From the NCBI GenBank assembly GCA_036567965.1, contig DATCTN010000007.1, positions 49,009 through 113,008 on the forward strand: DNA of 64,000 bases, written 5' to 3'. Position 1 is the stretch's first letter, and each line of letters starts with the position of its first letter. Positions 17,942 to 28,720 of the stretch are shown one piece after another. Made by a program: the position numbers and the translations under genes. This DNA comes from Candidatus Kryptoniota bacterium. GTDB taxonomy: Bacteria; Bacteroidota; Ignavibacteria; Kryptoniales; JAKASW01. The notes under the pieces are model-generated. The model saw only the letters and a list, made by a program, of their open reading frames with translations, was not told where the DNA came from and did no database searches.

Positions 17942-20403
17942 AATACGATTTTACTTCCATTGAAAAGAAATGGCAGAAGATTTGGACAGATAATAAGACC
18001 AATCATATCGACCTCAGATCGGCAACTGAGAAACTATACTGCCTCGTAATGTTCCTCTATCCAAGTGCGGACAAATTGCATATCGGTCACTGGTATAATT
18101 TTGCTCCGACCGACACGTGGGCAAGGTTCAAGAAAATGAATGGGTTCAACGTTTTTGAACCGATGGGCTACGACGCGTTCGGTCTGCCGGCTGAAAATTA
18201 CGCCATCAAGAGTGGCGTGCACCCGCAAGACAGCACACAGAGGAACGTTTTAGTAATCCGTGAACAATTGAAAACGATGGGCGCGCTTTACGATTTTGAC
18301 TACGAAGTCGACACTTCGAAGCCGGAATACTACAGATGGACCCAGTGGGTCTTCCTCGAGCTTTTCAAAAAAGGCTTGGCATACAGAGCTAACGCACCGG
18401 TAAACTGGTGCCCCAAGGACCAGACGGTACTTGCAAACGAACAGGTTGTCGATGGACTCTGCGAACGTTGCAGCACGCCCGTCGTCCGAAAGGCGATGAC
18501 ACAGTGGTTCTTCAGGATAACTGCGTATGCGGACAGACTTCTTGAAGGTTTGAATCGAATCGACTGGCCCGAGCGCACGAAGCTAATGCAGCAGAACTGG
18601 ATCGGCCGAAGCGAAGGGGTAGAAATCAAATTCCCAATTTTGAATTCTCAATTCTCAATCGATGTCTTTACCACTCGTCCCGATACATTGTTTGGTGCGA
18701 CGTATGTCGTTCTCGCTCCCGAACATCCGCTCGTCCAGAAGATTACCGACCATGAATTCAGGAAGAAGGTGGACGAATATGTCGATTTAGTTGCGCATGA
18801 AAATGAAATCGAGAGGACGTCTACTACTAAAGAGAAGACCGGTGTGCCCACCGGTGCTTTCGCGGTGAACCCGATCAACGGGGAGAAGATCCCGATATGG
18901 ATCGCAGACTACGTGCTGGGAACCTACGGCACCGGAGCGGTCATGGCAGTGCCCGCGCATGACGAACGCGATTTTGAATTTGCGAAGAAATATAATTTGC
19001 CGATACGTGTCGTGATTCAGCCAAAAGGGAGCAAACTTCCGGAACCTCCAGATGCAGCTTACATCGAACCTGGTGTGGCCGTGAACAGCGGACGATTTAC
19101 GAATCTGGAAAGCGAAAAAGTCTGGGAAGGGATAGCGGACGAACTTCAGCGCGCCGGGAACGGATCGAGGAAAGTAAACTACAGACTGCGCGACTGGCTC
19201 TTGTCCCGCCAGCGGTACTGGGGCGCGCCGATACCGATCATTCATTGCGACAATTGCGGAGAAGTGCCCGTTCCGGAAAATGAGCTTCCGGTTCTCCTTC
19301 CATACGACGTGGAGTTCAAACCGAGCGGCGAATCTCCGCTCGCCCGCAGCGAGAAATTTGTTAACACCAAATGTCCGAAGTGCGGCAAGCCCGCCAAGCG
19401 GGACGTCGATACAATGGATACCTTTGTCGACTCATCCTGGTATTTCTTGCGATATCTCTCGCCCCACCTCGACAGCGCGCCGTTCGATAAGGAGCTCGTG
19501 AAGAAGTGGCTTCCGGTCGACAAATACGTCGGCGGTGCGGAGCACGCGACGATGCACTTGCTTTACGCGCGGTTCGTGACAAAGGCGCTCCATGATTCGG
19601 GTTGGTTGGAATTCGACGAACCTTTCCAGAGCCTCATCCACCAGGGGACAATCACAAACCAGGGTGCGAAGATGTCGAAGTCGCGCGGCAACGTTGTAAA
19701 CCCCGATCAGTTCGTGGACAACTATGGCGCTGATACGTTCAGGATGTTCCTGATGTTCATGGGCCCGTACAACGAAGGCGGCGACTGGAGCGATAGAGGG
19801 ATCACAGGTGTCTTCAGATTCCTGAGCAAGCTCGTAGATTTATTCGAAGATTCTTCGGATTATCCTTTAAACCCGCGACTCGCGAAGGAAAAACTCGGCG
19901 AGGTCGAGCGTAAGATCTACAGGAGACTAAATCAGGTCACAAGGAAAGTCACGGAGGATATCGAGTCGTTCAGATTCAACACAGCTATCGCTGCGTTAAT
20001 GGAATTCACTAACGAGTATACGCAGGTGATCTCTTCCAGGGAGAACGCGATCCGTGTCGAGCTCAAGGCCCTCGTTCTCAGCACGCTTAACAGGCTGCTC
20101 GCACCGTTTGCGCCTCACCTTAGCGAGGAGTTTTATGAAATGAGAGGCGGGAAGACGTCGATCTTCAATTCGGAAAAGTGGCCGGACTATGATCGCGATG
20201 CAATTGAAGAGGAGAACGTCACTCTTGTTGTGCAGGTTAACGGCAAGGTTCGAGCGCGCCTGATAGTTCCCGTAAATTCCACGGATGAAGCTGTAAAATC
20301 TCTCTCGATGGCAGATACGAATGTTTCAAAATATCTCGCCGGAAAGAAAATCGTGAAGGCGATCGTCGTTCAAAACCGGCTGGTCAACTTCGTTATTGCC
20401 TGA
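17938..20403 (+). CDS. leuS: Leucine--tRNA ligase
   Basis: PSADKLHIGHWYNF (HIGH), GAKMSKSRGN (KMSKS) and an editing-domain insertion. 821 aa. Confidence 0.97.
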   Translation: MKYDFTSIEKKWQKIWTDNKTNHIDLRSATEKLYCLVMFLYPSADKLHIGHWYNFAPTDTWARFKKMNGFNVFEPMGYDAFGLPAENYAIKSGVHPQDSTQRNVLVIREQLKTMGALYDFDYEVDTSKPEYYRWTQWVFLELFKKGLAYRANAPVNWCPKDQTVLANEQVVDGLCERCSTPVVRKAMTQWFFRITAYADRLLEGLNRIDWPERTKLMQQNWIGRSEGVEIKFPILNSQFSIDVFTTRPDTLFGATYVVLAPEHPLVQKITDHEFRKKVDEYVDLVAHENEIERTSTTKEKTGVPTGAFAVNPINGEKIPIWIADYVLGTYGTGAVMAVPAHDERDFEFAKKYNLPIRVVIQPKGSKLPEPPDAAYIEPGVAVNSGRFTNLESEKVWEGIADELQRAGNGSRKVNYRLRDWLLSRQRYWGAPIPIIHCDNCGEVPVPENELPVLLPYDVEFKPSGESPLARSEKFVNTKCPKCGKPAKRDVDTMDTFVDSSWYFLRYLSPHLDSAPFDKELVKKWLPVDKYVGGAEHATMHLLYARFVTKALHDSGWLEFDEPFQSLIHQGTITNQGAKMSKSRGNVVNPDQFVDNYGADTFRMFLMFMGPYNEGGDWSDRGITGVFRFLSKLVDLFEDSSDYPLNPRLAKEKLGEVERKIYRRLNQVTRKVTEDIESFRFNTAIAALMEFTNEYTQVISSRENAIRVELKALVLSTLNRLLAPFAPHLSEEFYEMRGGKTSIFNSEKWPDYDRDAIEEENVTLVVQVNGKVRARLIVPVNSTDEAVKSLSMADTNVSKYLAGKKIVKAIVVQNRLVNFVIA

Positions 20404-21152
20404 TGGAAAAGGTATCTGCGGTCATAATCGCCGGAAATGAAGAAAAAAACATATCGGATTGTATCGCCAGCGTCCGATGGGCGGATGAAATAGTAGTCGT
20501 GGACTCTGAGAGCTCCGATCGCACGGTCGAAATCGCAAAATCATACACGGACAATGTCTTCGTGAGGAAATGGGAGGGCTACGCTTCCCAGAAAGCCTAT
20601 GCGGCGTCGAAAGCGCGGAATGAATGGGTGCTGAGCGTCGATGCAGATGAGCGAGTGTCGGAAGAGCTCAGATCGGAGATCAGCAGCCTCGACTCAAACC
20701 TGGCGGACGGGTTTTTTATCCCGAGGCGGAATTATTTTCTCGATAAGGTAATCCGGTCATGCGGATGGTCGCCGGACTACCAGATGCGGCTATTCAGAAA
20801 ATCCAAAACCCACATGACGGATCGCAAGGTACACGAAGGATTTGTAGTTGACGGAAAAGTAGAGTACCTGAAGGGAGAACTGATACACTATACGCACATG
20901 AGCATTGAAGGTTCGATGCGAAAGTCTAATGAGTTCTCATCACTTAGCGCTGCTGAAAAAGCGGGAAGGCGGCGCGTCGGGGGATTACGAATCTTCTTCT
21001 ATCCCGTGTATGCGTTCTTCCATCATTATATTTTGAGGAAAGGAATAACCGACGGAGTGCACGGGCTGATGGTGTCGCTAATCCATGCCGTGACTAACCT
21101 CCAAACGCAGATGAAAATCTGGGAAATGCAGAACGTTCGAAAACAAAAATGA
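20403..21152 (+). CDS. Glycosyltransferase family 2
   Basis: VSAVIIAGNEEKNISDCIASV, DEIVVVDSESSDRT and SVDADE (DxD). 1-nt overlap with the leuS stop. Confidence 0.85.
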   Translation: MEKVSAVIIAGNEEKNISDCIASVRWADEIVVVDSESSDRTVEIAKSYTDNVFVRKWEGYASQKAYAASKARNEWVLSVDADERVSEELRSEISSLDSNLADGFFIPRRNYFLDKVIRSCGWSPDYQMRLFRKSKTHMTDRKVHEGFVVDGKVEYLKGELIHYTHMSIEGSMRKSNEFSSLSAAEKAGRRRVGGLRIFFYPVYAFFHHYILRKGITDGVHGLMVSLIHAVTNLQTQMKIWEMQNVRKQK

Positions 21153-21246
21153 ACAGAATAAACTTAAGTCTTAAGAACGAGCATGATTTGTTTGCCCTAC
21201 AGGACAGGCGGCCGCTGTTGAAAATCTTAATCAACTGGAGTCAGGC

Positions 21247-23079
21247 TTGAAAACGTTCTGGAGATTCTTCCGTTATCTCAAGCCGTATGTGAGGGCTCTC
21301 ATGCTGGCGAACGCGATGATGATTTTATTTGTCGTCTTCAGCTTGCTGGCCGTCGGACTCATAATGCCTTTCATCGATCTCCTGTTCAATCAGTCGTCAT
21401 CGCTCGCTGCGAACCCGGCTGCCGGTCATCCCGCTGTGAGCGTGTTGAACCTGAGAGAATACCTGACCTACCAGCTAACGGAATTTGCATCACGGTACAG
21501 CAAGTTCGACCTCATAGTCTACCTTTGTGTACTGATGATTGTTGTGTTTCTTCTCAAGAATCTCTTTTCATACCTTCAAACTTATTTCATGTCCACAGTC
21601 GAACAGGGCATGATAAAAGATATCCGTTTCGATCTCTATTCGCATTTTCATAAACTCTCTCTAAGCTTTTTTACGGAGGAGAAAAAGGGGATCCTGATTT
21701 CCCGGATTATAAATGATGTTCAAATAATCAAAGACTCGATGATCGCTGTAATTAACAGCATCTTTCGTGATCCGGTGTTGATATTGGTATTCTCCGTGGT
21801 GCTATTCATCTTTAACTGGAAGCTGACTCTCCTCATCTATTTCCTTTTTCCGCTTACTGGTTTCATACTTGCGCGGATTGGAAATTCCCTCAAGAAGAGA
21901 AGCATCAGATCGCAGGAACGAATCGCCGACATCACTTCGATACTCGACGAGACGTTCGGTGCGATGCGGATCGTGAAAGCTTTCGGGATGGAGGAGTACG
22001 AAATAAACAGATTCAAGAAAGAAGAGGACGGTTATTTCGCATTGCTCACGAGCCTGGCACGCCGACGCGCCCTGGCGGGCCCTATTACAGAATTCATCGG
22101 TGTAGTGACCGTGACCGTTGTACTTTACTTCATCGGGACGGAAATCGTGACGGGCAGAAGCGACATGTCACCCGGCGCCTTCTTCGTATATCTCGCCATC
22201 TTTTTCCAAATGATGCCCTCCCTGAAATTGTTCGGGCAGGTGTTCAATAGCATCAAAGAGGGAACCGCGGCTTCGGAAAGGGTCTTCGCGATTCTCGATA
22301 CACAACCGAAGATCAGCGACGCCCCGGAAGCAATCGCGGTCGATTCATTCCGCAAAAGCATCGAGTTCAAAGATGTTGTTTTCAAGTACGAAACATCCGA
22401 TATCGTCCTAAACCACGTTAGCCTTTGTGTTGAAAGGGGTGAAGTGCTCGCTCTCGTTGGTCCCAGCGGTGCGGGGAAGTCGACCATCGCCGATCTCATA
22501 CCGAGATTTTACGATCCTGACGAAGGAGCCATCCTGCTCGACGGTGTGGATATCAGGAAACTGACCACGAGGTCGCTCCGCGGTCTCATGGGTATCGTCA
22601 CACAAGACACGATACTGTTCAACGACACGATCAGGAATAACATCGCCTACGGACTCAGGGAGACGCCTCTAGAGAATATTGAGGCAGTGGCGAAGGCGGC
22701 CAATGCCCATAATTTCATCCTGGCCCTGCCGTTCGGCTATGACACGTTCATCGGTGATCGCGGGTTGAAACTTTCCGGAGGAGAAAGGCAGAGGATCTCG
22801 ATTGCGAGAGCTCTCCTGAAAAATCCTCCGATCCTGATCCTCGACGAAGCTACGTCATCGCTCGATACTGAATCTGAAGTTCTGGTTCAACAGGCGATTG
22901 AAACTCTCATGAAAGGAAGGACTTCCGTCGTGATCGCTCACCGTCTTTCTACGGTCCAGAATGCAACTAAGATCATTGTCGTTGACGACGGCAGGATAGT
23001 TGAGCGGGGGAACCATGCGGAGCTGATGAAAGGGGGAGGACTTTACTTCAAGCTGTACAATATGCAGTTCAAGGTCTGA
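21247..23079 (+). CDS. ABC transporter, fused permease/ATPase (MsbA-like lipid exporter)
   Basis: Six N-terminal TMs, Walker A GPSGAGKST, signature LSGGERQR, Walker B ILILDEATS. TTG start. Confidence 0.9.
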   Translation: MKTFWRFFRYLKPYVRALMLANAMMILFVVFSLLAVGLIMPFIDLLFNQSSSLAANPAAGHPAVSVLNLREYLTYQLTEFASRYSKFDLIVYLCVLMIVVFLLKNLFSYLQTYFMSTVEQGMIKDIRFDLYSHFHKLSLSFFTEEKKGILISRIINDVQIIKDSMIAVINSIFRDPVLILVFSVVLFIFNWKLTLLIYFLFPLTGFILARIGNSLKKRSIRSQERIADITSILDETFGAMRIVKAFGMEEYEINRFKKEEDGYFALLTSLARRRALAGPITEFIGVVTVTVVLYFIGTEIVTGRSDMSPGAFFVYLAIFFQMMPSLKLFGQVFNSIKEGTAASERVFAILDTQPKISDAPEAIAVDSFRKSIEFKDVVFKYETSDIVLNHVSLCVERGEVLALVGPSGAGKSTIADLIPRFYDPDEGAILLDGVDIRKLTTRSLRGLMGIVTQDTILFNDTIRNNIAYGLRETPLENIEAVAKAANAHNFILALPFGYDTFIGDRGLKLSGGERQRISIARALLKNPPILILDEATSSLDTESEVLVQQAIETLMKGRTSVVIAHRLSTVQNATKIIVVDDGRIVERGNHAELMKGGGLYFKLYNMQFKV

Positions 23080-23082
23080 CTT

Positions 23083-23955
23083 TTGACCGTTTCAGGATTT
23101 ACAATCATAAGGAACGGCGTCAAGTACTCCTATCCATTCAAAGAAGCAATCCTGTCGATTCTCCCAATGTGTGACGAGTTTGTCGTAAATGTCGGCGATT
23201 CGGAAGACGGCACGCTCGATGAGATTCAGTCGATCAAGAGCGGGAAATTGAAAATCATAAACCGGAAATGGGATATGTCTCAAAGGGAGAACGGGCTCTT
23301 GTTGTCGACCGAAACCAATTATGCTCTCAAGGAATGCTCCGGCGATTGGTGTTTTTACATACAATCCGATGAAGTGCTTCACGAGAAATACATTCCAACA
23401 GTCCGGGCAGCGATGGAAGAATATGTCAACGACGTTCGAGTCGAAGGGCTCCGGTTCCGGTACAAGCATTTTTATGGCAGCTATGATTATTTCCAGGATA
23501 ACTACAGGAAGTGGTACGTTCGCGAAGTGAGAGTGATCAAGAATCGCCGCAGCATTGTGTCGTGGGCAGATGCAATGGGATTCATGCACGCTGATGGAAG
23601 AATGATTGCAGCCGTCAATATCAAAGCCGAGATTTATCATTATGGCTACGTTCGTCCTCCGGAAACTCTCGCACAAAAACGAGTCGATTTCCACAAACTC
23701 TACCACGACGATGACGAAGTGAAGAGGTTTGCGGAGTCAATGACGACGTACGATGATCTGGGCAATCTCAAGAAGTTCCATGACACACATCCCGCGGTGA
23801 TGCAAGAGAGAGTGCGAATCAGCAACTGGAATTTTGATGCGAAGCTAGGCGATCAGCCGCCCGACTGGGTCAGGGCAATCATGATCTTTTTAAATCCCGT
23901 CACAAAACGGTTGAAAAAGTTTCTTCGCGTGTCACCAGCCAAAAGGAAGTCTTGA
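23083..23955 (+). CDS. Glycosyltransferase-like protein (GT2-like fold)
   Basis: GFTIIRNGVKYSYPFKEAILSILPMCDEFVVNVGDSEDGT resembles a family commonly annotated as glycosyltransferase. It follows the MsbA-like gene by 3 nt. Confidence 0.6.
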   Translation: MTVSGFTIIRNGVKYSYPFKEAILSILPMCDEFVVNVGDSEDGTLDEIQSIKSGKLKIINRKWDMSQRENGLLLSTETNYALKECSGDWCFYIQSDEVLHEKYIPTVRAAMEEYVNDVRVEGLRFRYKHFYGSYDYFQDNYRKWYVREVRVIKNRRSIVSWADAMGFMHADGRMIAAVNIKAEIYHYGYVRPPETLAQKRVDFHKLYHDDDEVKRFAESMTTYDDLGNLKKFHDTHPAVMQERVRISNWNFDAKLGDQPPDWVRAIMIFLNPVTKRLKKFLRVSPAKRKS

Positions 23956-25338
23956 GTGGTTGAGCTTGTCAGAGCATTGAAGGTGCGGGACATCGTCCTG
24001 TTCAACATTGTCGCGATTGTTGGACCTCGATGGATTTCGCTCGCGGCGGCAACCGGTCCAAGTTCCGTGTCCCTCTGGCTCCTTGCGCTGATTCTTTTCT
24101 TTATACCGCAGGGATTGGCAGTGGTACATTTAACCCGCAAGTACCCGTTGGAAGGGGGAATCTATGAGTGGGCGAAGGCGGAGTTCGGGAACTTCCACGG
24201 CTTTGTTGCAGGATGGTGTTACTGGGCAAACAATCTTGTCTACTATCCGTCTCTGCTCATATCCGTGGCGGCGATGGCCGCGTTCATTCTCCCCGGGACG
24301 TCATATCTTTCGACCGACAAGACATTCATTGCAATAGTCTGTCTCCTGATTCTCTGGATCGCGATCGGGTTCAACGTCGTCGGTGTTCGCATCGGGAAGT
24401 GGGTCCAGAACGCTGGGGCGATAGGGACATTCGGCCCGATCATAATTATTGCCGCGTTGGCGGGTGTACTCCTCTACTACGGGAAGTCGCAAACGAGTTT
24501 TTCATTTACAAATATGCTGCCAAGTAAAATTGATTTTGGAACTATCTCGTTCTGGTCGTCCATGTGTTTCGGCCTGGCGGGACTCGAGCTTGCGTCGGTG
24601 ATGTCAGGGGAGATCGTCGAAGCGGAGAAGACAATCCCAAGGGCAACCTATCTATCAGGCATTGGAATAGTCTGTATTTACTTAGTCGGCACGGTTGCTC
24701 TTCTGATCGGACTTTCCTCCAAGGACGTAAATATTGTGACAGGACTTGTCCAATCTATCCAGCAGCTTGAGACGAAGATTGGAATCAGAGGTCTCACAAA
24801 CATCAGCGCCTTCTTGGTGACTCTCGCAGGAATCGGTGGAGCCGGTGCGTGGCTCGCCGGATCGGCGAGGATACTTTTTGTCACAGGAATCGACAATTAT
24901 CTCCCGGCGCGTTTCGGGGAAATTCATCCGGTCTGGAAGACTCCGCATGTCGCGATAATTTTTCAGGGCGTGATCGCGACTCTTTTTCTGTTCATGAGCT
25001 TCATCGGCTCGGGAACTGAACAGGCTTACCTGGTGCTAGTCGATGCAACGATCGTGGTTTACTTCATTCCATACATTTACATTTTTCTTGCGGCTGCACG
25101 GAGCTTCTGGAAGGCATCAAGTCACGGCTCGAGGGCGACAAACTTTGTGAAATCCTTCACGAGCATTATCGGCGGGCTTACCACCTTGGTGGCGATCGTT
25201 CTTGCTATGATTCCGCCGGCTGCGGGCGGCGATGCAATCCAATTCTTCCTGAAGACGCTCGGCGGCTCACTCGCGTTTGTCGTTGCGGGAGTGCTTATCT
25301 ACTGGAACACCGAACGGAAACGGGCTGCAAGGGCGTAG
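23956..25338 (+). CDS. APC-superfamily amino acid permease
   Basis: 460 aa with about 12 predicted TM segments. GTG start directly abuts the upstream stop. Confidence 0.75.
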   Translation: MVELVRALKVRDIVLFNIVAIVGPRWISLAAATGPSSVSLWLLALILFFIPQGLAVVHLTRKYPLEGGIYEWAKAEFGNFHGFVAGWCYWANNLVYYPSLLISVAAMAAFILPGTSYLSTDKTFIAIVCLLILWIAIGFNVVGVRIGKWVQNAGAIGTFGPIIIIAALAGVLLYYGKSQTSFSFTNMLPSKIDFGTISFWSSMCFGLAGLELASVMSGEIVEAEKTIPRATYLSGIGIVCIYLVGTVALLIGLSSKDVNIVTGLVQSIQQLETKIGIRGLTNISAFLVTLAGIGGAGAWLAGSARILFVTGIDNYLPARFGEIHPVWKTPHVAIIFQGVIATLFLFMSFIGSGTEQAYLVLVDATIVVYFIPYIYIFLAAARSFWKASSHGSRATNFVKSFTSIIGGLTTLVAIVLAMIPPAAGGDAIQFFLKTLGGSLAFVVAGVLIYWNTERKRAARA

Positions 25339-25379
25339 ACTTTGTTTCACCGCGAATCCTCAACTTAAGGGATATCCAG

Positions 25380-27221
25380 ATGCAGCTTGAGAATAAATTG
25401 AAAAACAGTTCAAGTCCTTACCTCAAGGAAGCCGCCGATCAGCCGGTACATTGGCAGGAATACTCGGACGATGTCCTAAAGCTGGCGAGTGAACTTGACC
25501 GACCGATTTTACTCGACATCGGTGCAGTTTGGTGTCACTGGTGCCACGTGATGGATCATGAGTCGTACAGCGATCCGCAGCTGGCCGAGCTTATCAACAG
25601 ACTTTTTGTTCCGGTGAAAGTGGACCGCGACCAGATGCCGGATCTAGATTCGCGATATCAGACCGCGATCGGTGCGCTGACCGGAACCGGAGGCTGGCCC
25701 CTGACTGCATTCCTGACTCCGGACGGAAGTGTCTTCTACGGCGGCACTTATTTTCCGAGAACCGATACGCAGGGAAGGCCGGGCCTTCTTTCTCTTCTCC
25801 CACAAATCGCAGAAGTTTTTTCGAAACGCCGGGACGACATCACAAAAAGTGCTCAAGAAGTTTATGACCAGCTCAAGGAATATGAAGTGCGATCTTCCGT
25901 GGCTGGTGAGTTAAGCGAAAACATCGTCAAAAGCATAATTTCAGACGCCAAGTCAAGGTACGACGACAAGTTCGGCGGTTTTGGAACAGCGCCTAAGTTT
26001 TTCAACGCGACTACACTCCAGCTCCTGTCGGAAGTGGCTGTGGCTGAAGGTGATCAGGAACTCGACGCGATAGTGAAGAACACTCTCGAAAACATTTCGC
26101 GCGGCGGCGTCTACGACCAGATAGGCGGCGGATTCCATAGGTATTCTGTAGACAGGTACTGGCACGTCCCTCATTTTGAAAAAATGTTATACGACAATGC
26201 TCTGATGCTGAAGCTCTATCTCCGCCCGCTACTGACCGGAAACTCGATGGACCGCCGGAGGATCGCGAGAGAAACCGCCGATTGGATTTCCAAATCGATG
26301 GCCTCGGCAGCAGGGCCATTCTATGCTCATCAGGATGCGGACATCGGAGCGGATGATGACGGAAGTTACTGGACATGGACCCGGGAGGAGTTTCAACGTT
26401 CTCTGACGCCGGAGGAGTTTCGAGTAATGGAACAGCATTTCGATGTTCGCAAAGAGCCTGCGGACATAGCCGGCGCACCCTCGCGAAACGTGCTTAGAAT
26501 TGCGCTGAGTGTCGAGGATATTGCCGGATTGATCGGCAAATCAGCGAAGGATGTTGGCGACATGGTCGAGCAGGGACGTCGCAAGCTGATAGAAGAAAGA
26601 TCCCGGCGAATGTCTCCACTTATCGATACAAGTATTTTCGCTGACAGAAATGGACTTGCAATTTCGGCATTGGTCGAAGCGTCACTGGAACTGAAAACGA
26701 AATCATATCTTGACGCGGCTTCTCGGTCAGCGGATTTCATACTTGCCAACATGACTTCCAGGAAGGGAAAGGTCGCGCACGCGTATTCCGAAGGTAAAGT
26801 CACATATGATGGTCTTCTCGATGACGAAATAATGTTCGGGACCGCGCTGCTCGATCTGTTCGATGTGATGAGAAGCGACAACTATATCGACTCGGCTCAG
26901 CGAATTGCTGAGGTTCTCCTGGACGAATTTGAAGACAAGCAGCTTGGCGGATTTTTTGACAGACCTGTCGGCGGCGACGCGGGAGGACTGTTAGCTAACC
27001 GGAAGAAACCCATAGAGGATATCCCCACGCCATCCGGAAACTCGGCCGCAGCAATGTTGTTTGACAGGCTCTTCACAATTACAGATAACCGAAAGTATTA
27101 TGAAGTTGCTGAGAAAACATTGAAGGCCTTTGCGGGTTCCGCCCCGAAGCTCGGAATATTTGCGGCGAACTATGCGCGTGCGCTGCTTCTACACTTCAGA
27201 CTTCAAAAGGCTGTCAGATAA
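25380..27221 (+). CDS. Thioredoxin-domain protein (DUF255/YyaL-like, with six-hairpin glycosidase-like C-terminal region)
   Basis: PILLDIGAVWCHWCHVMDHESY (DUF255 thioredoxin-like motif) and GGFHRYSVDRYWHVPHFEKMLYDNA. Confidence 0.8.
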   Translation: MQLENKLKNSSSPYLKEAADQPVHWQEYSDDVLKLASELDRPILLDIGAVWCHWCHVMDHESYSDPQLAELINRLFVPVKVDRDQMPDLDSRYQTAIGALTGTGGWPLTAFLTPDGSVFYGGTYFPRTDTQGRPGLLSLLPQIAEVFSKRRDDITKSAQEVYDQLKEYEVRSSVAGELSENIVKSIISDAKSRYDDKFGGFGTAPKFFNATTLQLLSEVAVAEGDQELDAIVKNTLENISRGGVYDQIGGGFHRYSVDRYWHVPHFEKMLYDNALMLKLYLRPLLTGNSMDRRRIARETADWISKSMASAAGPFYAHQDADIGADDDGSYWTWTREEFQRSLTPEEFRVMEQHFDVRKEPADIAGAPSRNVLRIALSVEDIAGLIGKSAKDVGDMVEQGRRKLIEERSRRMSPLIDTSIFADRNGLAISALVEASLELKTKSYLDAASRSADFILANMTSRKGKVAHAYSEGKVTYDGLLDDEIMFGTALLDLFDVMRSDNYIDSAQRIAEVLLDEFEDKQLGGFFDRPVGGDAGGLLANRKKPIEDIPTPSGNSAAAMLFDRLFTITDNRKYYEVAEKTLKAFAGSAPKLGIFAANYARALLLHFRLQKAVR

Positions 27222-27236
27222 ACTGTCGCAGGGGAA

Positions 27237-27485
27237 TCAGTGATTCCCTTCGATGAGATCCTTCAGCACTTTTTTGGCGTCGGATACGTCCTCATCTTTT
27301 ACGAGGAAGTCCACTGTGGCCATCCCGTCAGCTCCGGGATATACGCCGGCCCACGTCTCGCCACGGGTGAAATACTCGATACCTTCGCGGTCCAATATCA
27401 TTTTGGCTAGCATGATGTTTGCAGGCACAAATGTGTAATAGACACGGACAAAACCTGGCGGGATATTGCTGGAGTTTGCTTTCAT
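27237..27485 (-). CDS. Small hypothetical protein (possibly DUF2007-like)
   Basis: 82-aa ORF with no contradicting overlap. The fold guess rests only on size and an alpha/beta pattern (NIMLAKMILDREGIEY...). Confidence 0.4.
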   Translation of the reverse strand: MKANSSNIPPGFVRVYYTFVPANIMLAKMILDREGIEYFTRGETWAGVYPGADGMATVDFLVKDEDVSDAKKVLKDLIEGNH

Positions 27486-27559
27486 GTCAGTTGAGATCTC
27501 CTGAAGCCGACTGGAGGGATCTGCGGACGCCGCAGTTGAGTCAAGTCAGCCAGTAAGAA

Positions 27560-28720
27560 TCAAATCTTCGAAAGAGCGTTTTTGAAATCCTGAATGAGAT
27601 CGTCGACGTCCTCCAAACCGATAGAGACCCTCACCATACCTTCACTGACGTTGGCGGCTGCCAGTTCCTCAGGGCCCATCTTGATGTGACTTGTAAGGAC
27701 GGGGATGCTCACAAGAGTTTCCACACCCCCGAGACTCGTCGCGTTCAGTGCCAGCCCGAGTGAATCGCAGAATATCTTGGCCACATCGAGATTATCCAGT
27801 TCGATGCAGAGAACTCCGCCGAACCCGCTCATCTGTTTGCGGGCGATCTTATAACTTTTAGAAGAGGGAAGCCCCGGATAGTACACCTTTTTGACCTTCT
27901 TCTGCCTGTTAAAGAATTCTGCAATCCTTTGGGCTGATCGATTCTGTTTCTCGACTCTCGGCTGGAGCGTTTTCAAGCTTCGATCGATCATGTATGCGTC
28001 GATCGGGTTCACGCATCCGCCGAACATTTTCATCGCGTCCCGAATCCTGGAAATCAGTTCCTTCGACCCGATTGCCGCGCCCGCCATTACATCGCTGTGG
28101 CCGCCGATGTATTTTGTGGCGCTGTGTATGACAACATCTACTCCGAAGTCTATTGGATTTTGGTTGATGGGAGACGCGAATGTATTATCTATCATGGTTA
28201 TGGCTTCCGATTTACGCGCCATCTTTACTGTCCGTTCAATAGATACACATTCGGAGGTGGGGTTGATGGGCGTTTCAAAGTAGATGATCTTTGTCCGGCT
28301 GTCCAAGTTCTTAGGGTCGTATAGTCCGGCTTCATCGACGAACTTCACATTGATTCCGAATTTCGGGGCGACATCGCGTAGAAATCTGTAGGCGGTACCG
28401 TAGAGTCGCCTGAAAGCGACAATGTTGTCTCCCTTCTCCACAAACGCAAGGATCGCAGTGGTTATCGCTGCCATGCCGCTAGAGAACAATATCGAGTCTT
28501 CACCATTCTCCAGGAGCGCGAGTTTTTCCTCCACGTTTCGAATCGTCGGATTTGAATATCGCGTGTACATGAAGAACTCTTCTTCGCCACGGATATACTT
28601 GTAGTAGTCATCACTTTTCTCCACGGCGAATGTTGTGCTCTGGTAAATCGGAAAATTTGCTCCCCGGTAAGAAATATCGGGTCTTCCATGGATCGATATT
28701 GTCGATTTGCCTTTCTTCAA
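27560..28720 (-). CDS. PLP-dependent trans-sulfuration enzyme (cystathionine gamma-synthase / methionine gamma-lyase family)
   Basis: HSATKYIGGHSDVMAG (PLP-Lys) and YTRYSNPT. 386 aa. Confidence 0.88.
   Translation of the reverse strand: MKKGKSTISIHGRPDISYRGANFPIYQSTTFAVEKSDDYYKYIRGEEEFFMYTRYSNPTIRNVEEKLALLENGEDSILFSSGMAAITTAILAFVEKGDNIVAFRRLYGTAYRFLRDVAPKFGINVKFVDEAGLYDPKNLDSRTKIIYFETPINPTSECVSIERTVKMARKSEAITMIDNTFASPINQNPIDFGVDVVIHSATKYIGGHSDVMAGAAIGSKELISRIRDAMKMFGGCVNPIDAYMIDRSLKTLQPRVEKQNRSAQRIAEFFNRQKKVKKVYYPGLPSSKSYKIARKQMSGFGGVLCIELDNLDVAKIFCDSLGLALNATSLGGVETLVSIPVLTSHIKMGPEELAAANVSEGMVRVSIGLEDVDDLIQDFKNALSKI

Noticed and set aside
23092-23706. A 204-aa minus-strand ORF. Similar cases of 150-200 aa occur at 2712-3296, 26393-26881 and 52929-53438.
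   Set aside because: Each is antisense to a gene with clear family motifs and shows no motifs of its own. These are shadow ORFs.
27232-27248. A hairpin, GGGAAT-CAGTG-ATTCCC, between the convergent thioredoxin-domain gene and the 82-aa ORF. It could be a bidirectional terminator.
   Set aside because: The stem is short, there is no U-tract on either strand, and it overlaps the last codons of the 82-aa ORF. This is not enough to call a terminator.
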